Below, one piece after another: positions 9,875-17,885 of a DNA stretch of 64,000 bases. The translations under genes and the position numbers were made by a program. The notes beneath the pieces are model-generated. The model ran no database searches and was not told the origin of the DNA. It worked only from the letters and a program-made list of their open reading frames with translations. Within the stretch, counting starts at the first letter, position 1; each line of letters starts with the position of its first letter. This DNA comes from Candidatus Lustribacter sp. (GTDB taxonomy: Bacteria; Vulcanimicrobiota; Vulcanimicrobiia; Vulcanimicrobiales; Vulcanimicrobiaceae), in the NCBI GenBank assembly GCA_965277805.1, contig OZ255842.1, positions 2,944,001-3,008,000 of the forward strand. Reading direction: 5' to 3'.

Positions 9875-11872
9875 ATGAATGCCCGGTTGCAGTCGTTGGG
9901 TTTTGCCGTTGGCGGTTCACTCGCGCTGGCCGCCGTAACGGCATGCGGCGGCGGTGGGGGCGGATCCGGCGCGCCAGGCGCGCCCGTGCCCAACGTCACC
10001 AGCACCCCGGGCTCCTTCGCCCAAGGCACTGCCGGGGCGTCGATCACGCTTTCGCTACGGCAATATTCGCCGGTCGACACCTCGGCGACGAAGCGCCGCG
10101 CGGCCTACGTGTCGCCGGCCACCGCGCAGATCTCGCTGACCGTCATCTCGGTGAACGGGACGCGCGTGACCGGGACGCCCACGACGTTTCCGGTCAGCCC
10201 GACCTCGCCCGGCTGCAGCGGAACGAACGGCGTCGTGACGTGCACGCTCAACGCAAACATTCCGATCGGCAACGACGTGCTCACCGCGAGCACGCTCGAT
10301 GCGAACGGACATTCGCTCGGCACGTCGACGATCACGGCGAGCATCCAGCAAAACCTGGCGAACAGCATCGCGCTCTCGGTCGGCGGCACGATCGCGAGCC
10401 TGCAGATGTATCTTTCGCAAACGCAATTCGCATCGGGCACGCCGGGCACGGCCAACGTCATCGTGGTTCCGCTCGATCAATCGGGCGCCGAGATCGTCAA
10501 CCCGGGCAACTACAACCCGTCGATCGCGTTGACGTCGAGCAGTTCCGTGAACGGCCACGTTTCGCTGATCACCGACGGCGTGAACACCGGTCAATCCGGC
10601 ACGATCGTCAGCCCCAACGACCAAATCGTCGTCAACTACGACGGCGTCGCGACGAGCGGCGGCAGCACGATCACCGCGAACGCCGGCGGCGGCATCACCG
10701 CGAGCCGCAACGTCTCCGTGAGCTCGCCCGGACTCGGCGCGAGCCCGTCGGGCGCGCAGTTCGTTTCGTCCTCCTCCTATGTGTTTACGGCGGTCGGACA
10801 GACCGGCACGATCAACGTTTCCGGCGGCACCGCGCCCTACACCGTGGTCTCGAGCGATACCGGCGTCGCGACGATTTCCGGCACCGGACCGTTTACCGTA
10901 ACCGCCGCGGGCTACGGCACGGCGGGGACGTCGACGATCACCGTGACCGATCATGTCGGCGCGCACACCACCATTCCGGTGACGTTCATCGCGCCGGCCA
11001 TTCTACTCACCGCGAGCGTCTGCGGCGGTACGACCTGTTCCGCCGGCGGCGTTTCGTATACGGTGCCGATCGGCGGCCCCACGAGCCCGCTCTCGCCGAC
11101 GACCGTCACGGCCGTCGGCGGCACCGGAACGTACGGCTACTTCTTCATCTCGAGCGGAACGACGACCAGTCAATACGCGACGGTCTCGCAAGGCGGCAAT
11201 ACGTTCACGATCACGCCGAGCGGTTTCGGCAACGACGCGATCATCGTTACCAGCGGCAATCAGACGGCGTACTATGCGATCGTCGCGAGCGCCGACGCGT
11301 TCGGATCGACGCTGCCGGCCGCGATCGGCATGCTCTTCGAGAGCAGCGGCGGCGGCGCGAAATTCTACTCGGCAACGCTGCCCAACGCGGTCACCAATGT
11401 CACGGCTTCTCCGCTGATCAGCGGCTTCATGTTCAACGCCGGCAGCCCGCCGTCGATCGACGCAACGCCGACGAGTCCGGGCAATGGAACGTTCTCGTTT
11501 ACCAGCGGTTTCGGCACGCCGACGACGATTCCGTACACGGTCTTCGGGCTTTCGTTCGGGTCATACCAGGGCAGCGGGTTCACGCAGAGTTCGGAAATGC
11601 CGGTTCCGGCCGACGAAGCGTTCACGGCCACCGGTGAATCCGATCTGCTCACCGTGAGCGGTTTGACGGCGAACTTCAACCTCAGCGCGCAATCGGCAAA
11701 CACCAGCGTCGTAACCGCCTCCGCGGCCGCAAATCACGTCACGGTCACGTCCGTCGGTTCGGGAACGACGACCGTGCTCTTAACCGATACCGGCAACGGC
11801 GCCACCGTGACATTCACCGTGAGCGTAACGAACACGCTGATTCCAATCGCCGGTCACCTGCGGAGCCGATAA
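9875..11872 (+). CDS. Ser/Thr/Gly-rich lipoprotein, paralog 4, with tandem Ig-like repeats
   Basis: AVTA|CGGGGGG lipobox; KRRAAYVSPAT; Cys pair; repeated SS(D/N)T.V(A/V)T...TVT...GT(S/T)T(I/V) Ig-like units. Confidence 0.85.
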   Translation: MNARLQSLGFAVGGSLALAAVTACGGGGGGSGAPGAPVPNVTSTPGSFAQGTAGASITLSLRQYSPVDTSATKRRAAYVSPATAQISLTVISVNGTRVTGTPTTFPVSPTSPGCSGTNGVVTCTLNANIPIGNDVLTASTLDANGHSLGTSTITASIQQNLANSIALSVGGTIASLQMYLSQTQFASGTPGTANVIVVPLDQSGAEIVNPGNYNPSIALTSSSSVNGHVSLITDGVNTGQSGTIVSPNDQIVVNYDGVATSGGSTITANAGGGITASRNVSVSSPGLGASPSGAQFVSSSSYVFTAVGQTGTINVSGGTAPYTVVSSDTGVATISGTGPFTVTAAGYGTAGTSTITVTDHVGAHTTIPVTFIAPAILLTASVCGGTTCSAGGVSYTVPIGGPTSPLSPTTVTAVGGTGTYGYFFISSGTTTSQYATVSQGGNTFTITPSGFGNDAIIVTSGNQTAYYAIVASADAFGSTLPAAIGMLFESSGGGAKFYSATLPNAVTNVTASPLISGFMFNAGSPPSIDATPTSPGNGTFSFTSGFGTPTTIPYTVFGLSFGSYQGSGFTQSSEMPVPADEAFTATGESDLLTVSGLTANFNLSAQSANTSVVTASAAANHVTVTSVGSGTTTVLLTDTGNGATVTFTVSVTNTLIPIAGHLRSR

Positions 11873-13704
11873 TGTACCGCGCACTCGCGCTCGTCGCATC
11901 AATCGGCATTCTCGCCGGTTGCGGCGGCGGTGGGAGCCACGCTCTGCCGAGCCCCGCATCCGGCTCATCCGGTTCGGGCACCAAAGGCGCGCAAGCGACG
12001 GCGCGGTTCAGTTTGACGATCCCGAACGCGAGTGCGGCACCCGCCGGCGCGCGCCGGGCGCAGTTCGTCTCGCCGTCGACGCTCTCCGGAACGATCGCGG
12101 TCAACGCCGGACCGGTAACCGAACTCGACCTCAGCCTCGCGAGCCCGAACTGTACGACGATTATTAACGGACGCAGTTGTTTGATCAGCGTCGCCGCCCC
12201 GATCGGCGCTTCCGACACCTTCACGCTGGTGCTCTACAACGGGTCGTTTACCAGCGGTATGCATACCGGTACCGCGCTATCGGGCGCGTCGAACTTCACC
12301 GCGGCGGTAACCGAAGGCGTCTCGAATATCACGACGCCGCTGATCCTCGGTGGAATTCCGAAATCGGTCGACGTCGTCATCAACGGGACGCTTACTGCGG
12401 GCACGCCCACGACGGTTCCGGTTGTGATCACCGCTTACGACGCGAGCAACAACGTGATCGTCGGCGCCGCGACCTTCGCCGACGCAACCGGCGCTGCCGC
12501 GCCGCTCACCCTCTCGCTAGGGACGCCGCAACAAGTGCTGCTCCACGACGGGGCTCAGGCCGCAACGAGCATCACCGTTGCGGGACCGGCCGATGCCGTC
12601 ACGTTGCAACTCCAAGCGCCGGCCAACGTGCTAGGCACGTATGTGTCGGTGAAGAATAGTTCGAGCCAAACGCTACCTGCGTTCAACCTGACGCGTTTCG
12701 TCGCGCTGAGCGGCACGTTGAACTCGACGCAGCTCGCGGCGTCGCTTACCTTCTTTCCGGATGACGTCTACTTCGCGCCGTCCGACAGCACGCTCGTCTC
12801 CGGCGTGCCGAACGGCTTCGCGTTCTCGTACACGACGGCGAGCGGCGGCGGATATCTCGGCTACTTCAACAGCGCGAACGAGGGTCTCTTATACTGTAGC
12901 GTCGTGAGCGGATTCACGCTCGGTATCGGTTCGATAACGAACGGCATCGTCAGCGCCTTCAATGGGGCCGATAACGTCGCGTCGCCCCCGACGGGGCTCG
13001 TCTATTACCCGCTGGGACAACTCACCAATACCGGGCCTGCGTGCGCGGGCGGCACGCCGTACACGAGCCCGGCGGGAGGTTTCGCCAAATCGCTCGCCTT
13101 CGATCCGAGCGGCAGCCAAGTTTTCGAAGGCGACAACAACGGCGACCTCGACGTCGATACGTTTACCGGACCGTCGACGCTCAGCGGTAACGCCGTCGTG
13201 CAGAACTACGGCGCGAACCACCCGCACGACTTGATCGCGCTCCAGGGAAGCCTCTACTTTCTCACCGGCACCACCAACAACACGCTCGACGGTCTCAACC
13301 CGACGATCGCCGCGACGGCGGGCAGCGACCACCTCACGTCGTTGCGCAACGGGCAAGACGGCCGCATCTATGCCCTCGGCGCTGCCAACAAACAAGTGTG
13401 GGTGTACAACGGCTCGCCTTCGATGCAGCAATACACGGCGGCGAACGCGTTCACGATCACGCCCTCGACGCAGCCGAACAACCTCGCGATCGGTCCGGAC
13501 GGCAGCGCCTACACGACGGACGGAGCCTCAACGATTCAAGGGGTCACGTCCGGCGGCGCCGCTTCGACGCTCGTCATCCCGCCGCCGGGCGGCAACATTG
13601 GATACCTCACGGGAATCTTCGACGGCCGCAACGGCTACTTGTATGCGGCCTACGACGACGGGCTCCACGCCGGTCACGAGTATTTCTATCGTATCTCGTA
13701 CTGA
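11872..13704 (+). CDS. Lipoprotein, paralog 5, with C-terminal beta-propeller-like region
   Basis: ILAG|CGGGG lipobox; ARRAQFVSPST; blade-like motifs SLAFDPSGSQVF, GQDGRIY, LAIGPDGSAY. Confidence 0.85.
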   Translation: MYRALALVASIGILAGCGGGGSHALPSPASGSSGSGTKGAQATARFSLTIPNASAAPAGARRAQFVSPSTLSGTIAVNAGPVTELDLSLASPNCTTIINGRSCLISVAAPIGASDTFTLVLYNGSFTSGMHTGTALSGASNFTAAVTEGVSNITTPLILGGIPKSVDVVINGTLTAGTPTTVPVVITAYDASNNVIVGAATFADATGAAAPLTLSLGTPQQVLLHDGAQAATSITVAGPADAVTLQLQAPANVLGTYVSVKNSSSQTLPAFNLTRFVALSGTLNSTQLAASLTFFPDDVYFAPSDSTLVSGVPNGFAFSYTTASGGGYLGYFNSANEGLLYCSVVSGFTLGIGSITNGIVSAFNGADNVASPPTGLVYYPLGQLTNTGPACAGGTPYTSPAGGFAKSLAFDPSGSQVFEGDNNGDLDVDTFTGPSTLSGNAVVQNYGANHPHDLIALQGSLYFLTGTTNNTLDGLNPTIAATAGSDHLTSLRNGQDGRIYALGAANKQVWVYNGSPSMQQYTAANAFTITPSTQPNNLAIGPDGSAYTTDGASTIQGVTSGGAASTLVIPPPGGNIGYLTGIFDGRNGYLYAAYDDGLHAGHEYFYRISY

Positions 13705-14722
13705 CGCGCCGGCAACGCCGACCGTCTCGGTCGTCATTCCGCTGCGGACGGCCGGGCCGAATCTGCGTGAGTGCCTCGCACACCTCACCCGTCAGACATA
13801 CCGGAACTTCGACATCTACGTTGTGCCGGATGCGCCGCTGACGCTCGGCGATGCACGATTGCACGTCATCGCCTCGGGACCCGTGCTGCCGAATCGTAAG
13901 CGCCAGATCGCCGCGGAAGCGAGTACCGCGGACATTCTCGCCTTCATCGACGACGACGCATACCCCGATCCGAATTGGCTCACCAACGCCGTGCGGCATT
14001 TCGACGACCCGAACGTCGTCGGTGCGGGCGGCCCCGCCGTAACCGCATCCAGCGATTCACCCCGGGAACGCGCGAGCGGTGCGATCTTCTCATCGGCACT
14101 CGTCACCGCTACGACGCGCCACCGCTACGTTGCGGAAGCGCAGCGCGACGTCGGGGCGCTGGCCTCGTGCAATCTGCTCGTGCGACGCGAAGCGTTTCTG
14201 CGCGATGCTGAGGCGAGCGTGCGCTACTGGCCGGGTGAAGACATTTTACTGTGCATGTTCGCCGCGCGTGACGGCGCGCGTATCGTCTACGACCCGACCG
14301 CGCTCGTCTACCACCACCGGCGCGCCGTCTTCGCCGGACATCTGCGCCAGGTGTGGGCCTACGGACGCTTCCGCGGCTTCTTCTTACGGCGTTTGAGCAC
14401 GTCGCGCAGCGATGCCGCGTATGCCGCGCCGGCAACGTTCGTGCTCGGACACGCGTTGCTGCTCGCAGCCCTCAGCCGGCCGCGCTGGCGCTTCGCCGGC
14501 GGCTTCATCGTCGGCGTGTATGCGGCGCTCGTCGCGTGGGAAGCGGTGCGCACGGCGCGTACCGAACGCGCCGATCCGTGGCTCGTCGCCGCCGGCATCT
14601 ACCTCACGCATTTCACCTATGGTCTCGGAACGATCGTCGGGTGGCTGCGCGGCTCGGCGATGTGGCCGCAATCAGCCGCTGTAACGCAAGCGGACGCGCA
14701 AGCCGAACAGCCGCCGGGCTAA
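13682..14722 (+). CDS. GT2 family glycosyltransferase with C-terminal TM helices (start codon unresolved)
   Basis: VSVVIP, AFIDDDA (DxD), PGED, VYHHRR. No canonical start near the domain N-terminus; the 13370 ATG lies deep inside the upstream gene. Confidence 0.8.
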   Translation: MSIVSRTDAPATPTVSVVIPLRTAGPNLRECLAHLTRQTYRNFDIYVVPDAPLTLGDARLHVIASGPVLPNRKRQIAAEASTADILAFIDDDAYPDPNWLTNAVRHFDDPNVVGAGGPAVTASSDSPRERASGAIFSSALVTATTRHRYVAEAQRDVGALASCNLLVRREAFLRDAEASVRYWPGEDILLCMFAARDGARIVYDPTALVYHHRRAVFAGHLRQVWAYGRFRGFFLRRLSTSRSDAAYAAPATFVLGHALLLAALSRPRWRFAGGFIVGVYAALVAWEAVRTARTERADPWLVAAGIYLTHFTYGLGTIVGWLRGSAMWPQSAAVTQADAQAEQPPG

Positions 14723-15631
14723 CGCTCGCAAACGCGCCTTCAGCGGTGACGGAAACGCGTACGGAATACGCGCCCGCTCGAGATGCCCGCGCTCGATCAA
14801 ATCAGCGGCGTAGGCTTCGAGCAGCGCTCGCAACCGCGGATGTTCGCTCGGCCGGATGCGTACGGGCAGCGCGCACAACCGGTCCGGGCGACGCGGATCG
14901 AAACCGCTGAAATGAAAGAACACCACCGGCTCGCCCGTGCGCAGCCGTAGCTCGTCACCGCTGTCGAGCATGCGCGCAGACAGATTCCAATACGCGACGT
15001 TACAACCGCGATGGCGTACGATATGCGTACGCTCGAAAATGCCGGGCACGAGATCGATCCAGCGCTGATCGACAAACAGACCGGACTGCACGTCGACCCG
15101 GCAAAACGCGGCCAGCCGCGCACTCCACCAATCCAACATCGCGCGCGCGTTGGCCGTATTCGCAACGCCGATGCAGCCGAGGTTGTACACGCCGGTCCGC
15201 AAAATCGCAAGCTCGATGCCCACCCGTCCGTCGATCGGGCCGGCATCGGTCGCGTGCGGGGTGAGTACGATGTCGTTGGACGCGAGCGGCTCGATCAGCG
15301 GAGTCAGCGGCGCGAAAACCTGAATGTCGGAGTCGAAATATACGACGCGATCGTAGCCCCGATCGAGTAGGTGCCGCACGAGCGCTGGCTTTATCGCCGT
15401 GGAGAGCTCGTTCGCGTCGTAGCTGCGCACCAACTCGTCGTAGTCTGACGGTGGAAATACAGCGGCCGGTCGCACGATCGTGCCCTCCGAAAGCGTTTCC
15501 ACCCTATCGACGTCATCGACGACGAAAGCAAAACGATCGCAATCCGGTTCGAACGTCGCCACGGACGCGAGCAACAATCGCACTTTCGCGAAATAATTTC
15601 GCGTGGCGATCGTACAGACGGCGATTCGCAT
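14672..15631 (-). CDS. GT-A fold glycosyltransferase (GT8-like / nucleotide-diphospho-sugar transferase)
   Basis: CTIATRNY, STAIKP, YFDSDI (DxD), LTPH, YNLG, DQRW, NVAYWNL, FFHFSG. Confidence 0.8.
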   Translation of the reverse strand: MRIAVCTIATRNYFAKVRLLLASVATFEPDCDRFAFVVDDVDRVETLSEGTIVRPAAVFPPSDYDELVRSYDANELSTAIKPALVRHLLDRGYDRVVYFDSDIQVFAPLTPLIEPLASNDIVLTPHATDAGPIDGRVGIELAILRTGVYNLGCIGVANTANARAMLDWWSARLAAFCRVDVQSGLFVDQRWIDLVPGIFERTHIVRHRGCNVAYWNLSARMLDSGDELRLRTGEPVVFFHFSGFDPRRPDRLCALPVRIRPSEHPRLRALLEAYAADLIERGHLERARIPYAFPSPLKARLRALARRLFGLRVRLRYSG

Positions 15632-15641
15632 CGCCGGTTTA

Positions 15642-15812
15642 TTAGGCTAGGGCGCTGATGTGTCCGCCGAGGCCGATCGAGCTGAACAGCGTCGCCATCT
15701 GCGCCGCTTCGGCGTTCTCGGTTTGGTTGATGATCGAAACGGCGATCGACGCTTGGGGTCCGCCCGCGCTCAATGCGGAAACGGCGGTGTCGATAGCTCC
15801 GGTGCTGCCCAT
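15642..15812 (-). CDS. Small YjfB-like ('putative motility protein') peptide
   Basis: 56 aa Ala/Ser-rich helix ending GLGGHISALA, like the family G..ID..A terminus. Confidence 0.55.
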   Translation of the reverse strand: MGSTGAIDTAVSALSAGGPQASIAVSIINQTENAEAAQMATLFSSIGLGGHISALA

Positions 15813-15818
15813 AGGCAT

Positions 15819-15847
15819 ATTGTGCCCCGCCGGGGCGGGAAAGGCAA
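15819..15847 (-). promoter_or_regulatory. Sigma70-type promoter TTGCCT-N17-CACAAT, probably giving a leaderless mRNA
   Basis: Canonical 17-nt spacing; the ATG at 15812 lies 7 nt after the -10 box. Confidence 0.5.
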
Positions 15848-15894
15848 GCCGGAACGGCATGACGCGCATCACCATCCGGTGAAGGGTCGCCCCG

Positions 15895-16200
15895 ATGAAC
15901 CTGTTCTACGTCGCCGTCGACGTTGCGGTCGCCATCTTAGCGATACGCTCGCTGGCCGTTCTCGGCACGCGAGCGCCGTGGACCAGCATCGGCTGGGTCG
16001 CCACGGCCGGTTACGGCCTCGCCGCCGGCTGGCGGTACGCCCACGACGGCCCGGTGCCGGGCATCGGCCTCGTGACGTCCGGCTGCTTCATCGTCCTGAC
16101 GGCCGCCTTCATCGTTGGGGTGGTGCGCGACGAACCCCAGGCCGAACCGTTGCTGTGGCCGACGCGCGTCGGCCCTACGCGGGCCGAGAAGCGCCGCTGA
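15895..16200 (+). CDS. Small membrane protein (3 TM)
   Basis: Three hydrophobic segments in 101 aa. Confidence 0.7.
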   Translation: MNLFYVAVDVAVAILAIRSLAVLGTRAPWTSIGWVATAGYGLAAGWRYAHDGPVPGIGLVTSGCFIVLTAAFIVGVVRDEPQAEPLLWPTRVGPTRAEKRR

Positions 16201-17248
16201 ACTGACCGAGGAAGTGCTCGAGCTCCGCGGGCGCGACACCGGCCGCGCCGGCCGCCGAACGCAGCCGGGCCAAGTCCGGGTCGACTCGCACGAGCAACGC
16301 GTCAGCCGGGCCGCCGAACGTGACTTGCGTGGCCGCCGCCGGGACGACGGCAGTTTCCCACGCCCGGAGGTCGACGGCGCCCGCTCCGCTTGCAGCCGTG
16401 AGCGGCGTATCCATGGCCATAAGCGCCAGCGGCCGGCCGCCCGTACCGATCGACGCGCCGGCGTTCGAAATGCGCAAGCGTTCCACGACGAAGCGCGGGT
16501 CGGCGATCGCGATGGTACGTTCGACGCCGCGCGCCGTGAAGGTCAACTGCGTCATCGCCCCCGGGAACGTCGCGCGGAAGTCCAGCACGTCACCGGCCTT
16601 GGCGACGTGCAGTTCGCGCGGCTTGCCGTCGGCGCCGGTGCGATTCCAGTCGAAGATGCGGTAGGTCAGATCGCTGGCTTGTTGCGTTTCGAAGAGCTGG
16701 ATCCCGGCGCCGATCGCGTGCAGCGTTCCGGCCGGTAAGTAGTAGGCGTCGCCGGGCTTGACCGGCACGCGGCGCAGGATGTCGCCGAGCGTACCGTCCG
16801 CGACGCGGCGTTCGTATTCCGCGCGGTCGGTGTCGCGCGTCCAGCCGAGCACGAGTTCCGCGCCGGGTTCGGCGGCCAGAATGTACCAGCACTCCGTCTT
16901 TCCGACGGGCTGATGTTCAACGCGCTGCGCATACGCATCGTCCGGATGCACTTGCACCGAGAGCGCCGCATGCGCGTCGATGATCTTCGTCAGCACCGGG
17001 AAGCGTTGCGTGGGATCGGCGGGTCCGGTGAGATCGCGGCCGAGCTGCGCGCGCACCGCGGCCAGTGTTTCACCGCTGTACGCGCCGCCGGTAACGGTGT
17101 TCTCATCCCAGCATTCCCACGACTCACCGAGCAATGCTGAGGCGTCGCCGGGTTTGCCGTAGCGCTTAACGAGCGCATCCCCGCCCCAGATGGCCGAAGC
17201 CATTTTTGGAGCGAGGACGAGCGGGGCCGTTCGTGTTGTGCTGATCAC
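16175..17248 (-). CDS. manA: Mannose-6-phosphate isomerase, type I
   Basis: IWGG, GESWE, KIIDA..LSVQVHPDD, GKTECWYIL, GTLHAIG, ETQQASDLTYRIFDW. Confidence 0.92.
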   Translation of the reverse strand: MISTTRTAPLVLAPKMASAIWGGDALVKRYGKPGDASALLGESWECWDENTVTGGAYSGETLAAVRAQLGRDLTGPADPTQRFPVLTKIIDAHAALSVQVHPDDAYAQRVEHQPVGKTECWYILAAEPGAELVLGWTRDTDRAEYERRVADGTLGDILRRVPVKPGDAYYLPAGTLHAIGAGIQLFETQQASDLTYRIFDWNRTGADGKPRELHVAKAGDVLDFRATFPGAMTQLTFTARGVERTIAIADPRFVVERLRISNAGASIGTGGRPLALMAMDTPLTAASGAGAVDLRAWETAVVPAAATQVTFGGPADALLVRVDPDLARLRSAAGAAGVAPAELEHFLGQFSGASRPA

Positions 17249-17257
17249 CCCTAACGG

Positions 17258-17464
17258 TTAGGGACTCTCGGCGCCGATTCCGCCGTGCAGTTGCGTCTGC
17301 ATCTGCTTTTCGCAGGACGCGTGTCCGCATCCGCAACGGATGTTCGCCGGATCGCGCCCTTCAGGCGAGTCGCAATACGCGCTGCACGTGGCGTCTGCGA
17401 GCGGAACCTCGCAGAGGCACGCTAGGTTATCGCAGCGTTTGCGTTCGCTGCCGGAATCGGTCAT
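17258..17464 (-). CDS. Metallothionein-like Cys-rich small protein
   Basis: CDNLACLC...CSAYC...CGCGHASC resembles the SmtA/BmtA ligand pattern. Confidence 0.65.
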   Translation of the reverse strand: MTDSGSERKRCDNLACLCEVPLADATCSAYCDSPEGRDPANIRCGCGHASCEKQMQTQLHGGIGAESP

Positions 17465-17790
17465 CAGCTCACGATTCGCGTGGTGTTGCGTCCGTTAGCG
17501 GCGATGATCCCGACGATCGCAACCAGCACGACCGCACCGACAACGATCCAGAGCCACGGCACGTTGCTCGTGGTCGTGGTGGTCGTCGTCGTACCATCGG
17601 TGGTCGTCGTCTTATCGGCCGACGAACCCGGTGCGGTTACGGTGGTCGAGGTCCCGGCTGCGGGCGCCGACTGCGTCGTCGTGGTCGAGTTCGTATTCGA
17701 CGTACCCGTGGTTTGCGCGAGCGTCATCGCCGGCGCGATGGCCAGGAATAGGGCTAGAAGAATAAGGCTGAGTCTAAAGATCGGGCGCAT
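17464..17790 (-). CDS. Secreted Thr-rich protein with C-terminal TM anchor
   Basis: RBS GAGGAG; signal peptide; poly-Thr stalk; VPWLWIVVGAVVLVAIVGII followed by basic residues. Confidence 0.75.
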   Translation of the reverse strand: MRPIFRLSLILLALFLAIAPAMTLAQTTGTSNTNSTTTTQSAPAAGTSTTVTAPGSSADKTTTTDGTTTTTTTTSNVPWLWIVVGAVVLVAIVGIIAANGRNTTRIVS

Positions 17791-17885
17791 AGGGTTTCTC
17801 CTCGGTGGTAATCGGCGTTTGCGCTTCCTTGCCCAGGAAAACCCCAGTGCCAAACCTCCCTTTGGTCTCTCCGGCTTGCGCTCGC

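Noticed and set aside
9943-11637. 564-aa alternative-frame ORF, and similar long Arg-rich ORFs such as 22577-23785, 55077-56741 and 59704-61434
   Set aside because: Frame or antisense shadows of real high-GC genes; no motifs, and composition is skewed to R/H/A.
13696-13706. prfB-like +1 frameshift at TAC TGA C fusing the lipoprotein to the GT2
   Set aside because: The P-site tRNA could not re-pair (UAC to ACU), there is no SD-like element, and an exported lipoprotein fused to a cytoplasmic GT2 is topologically implausible.
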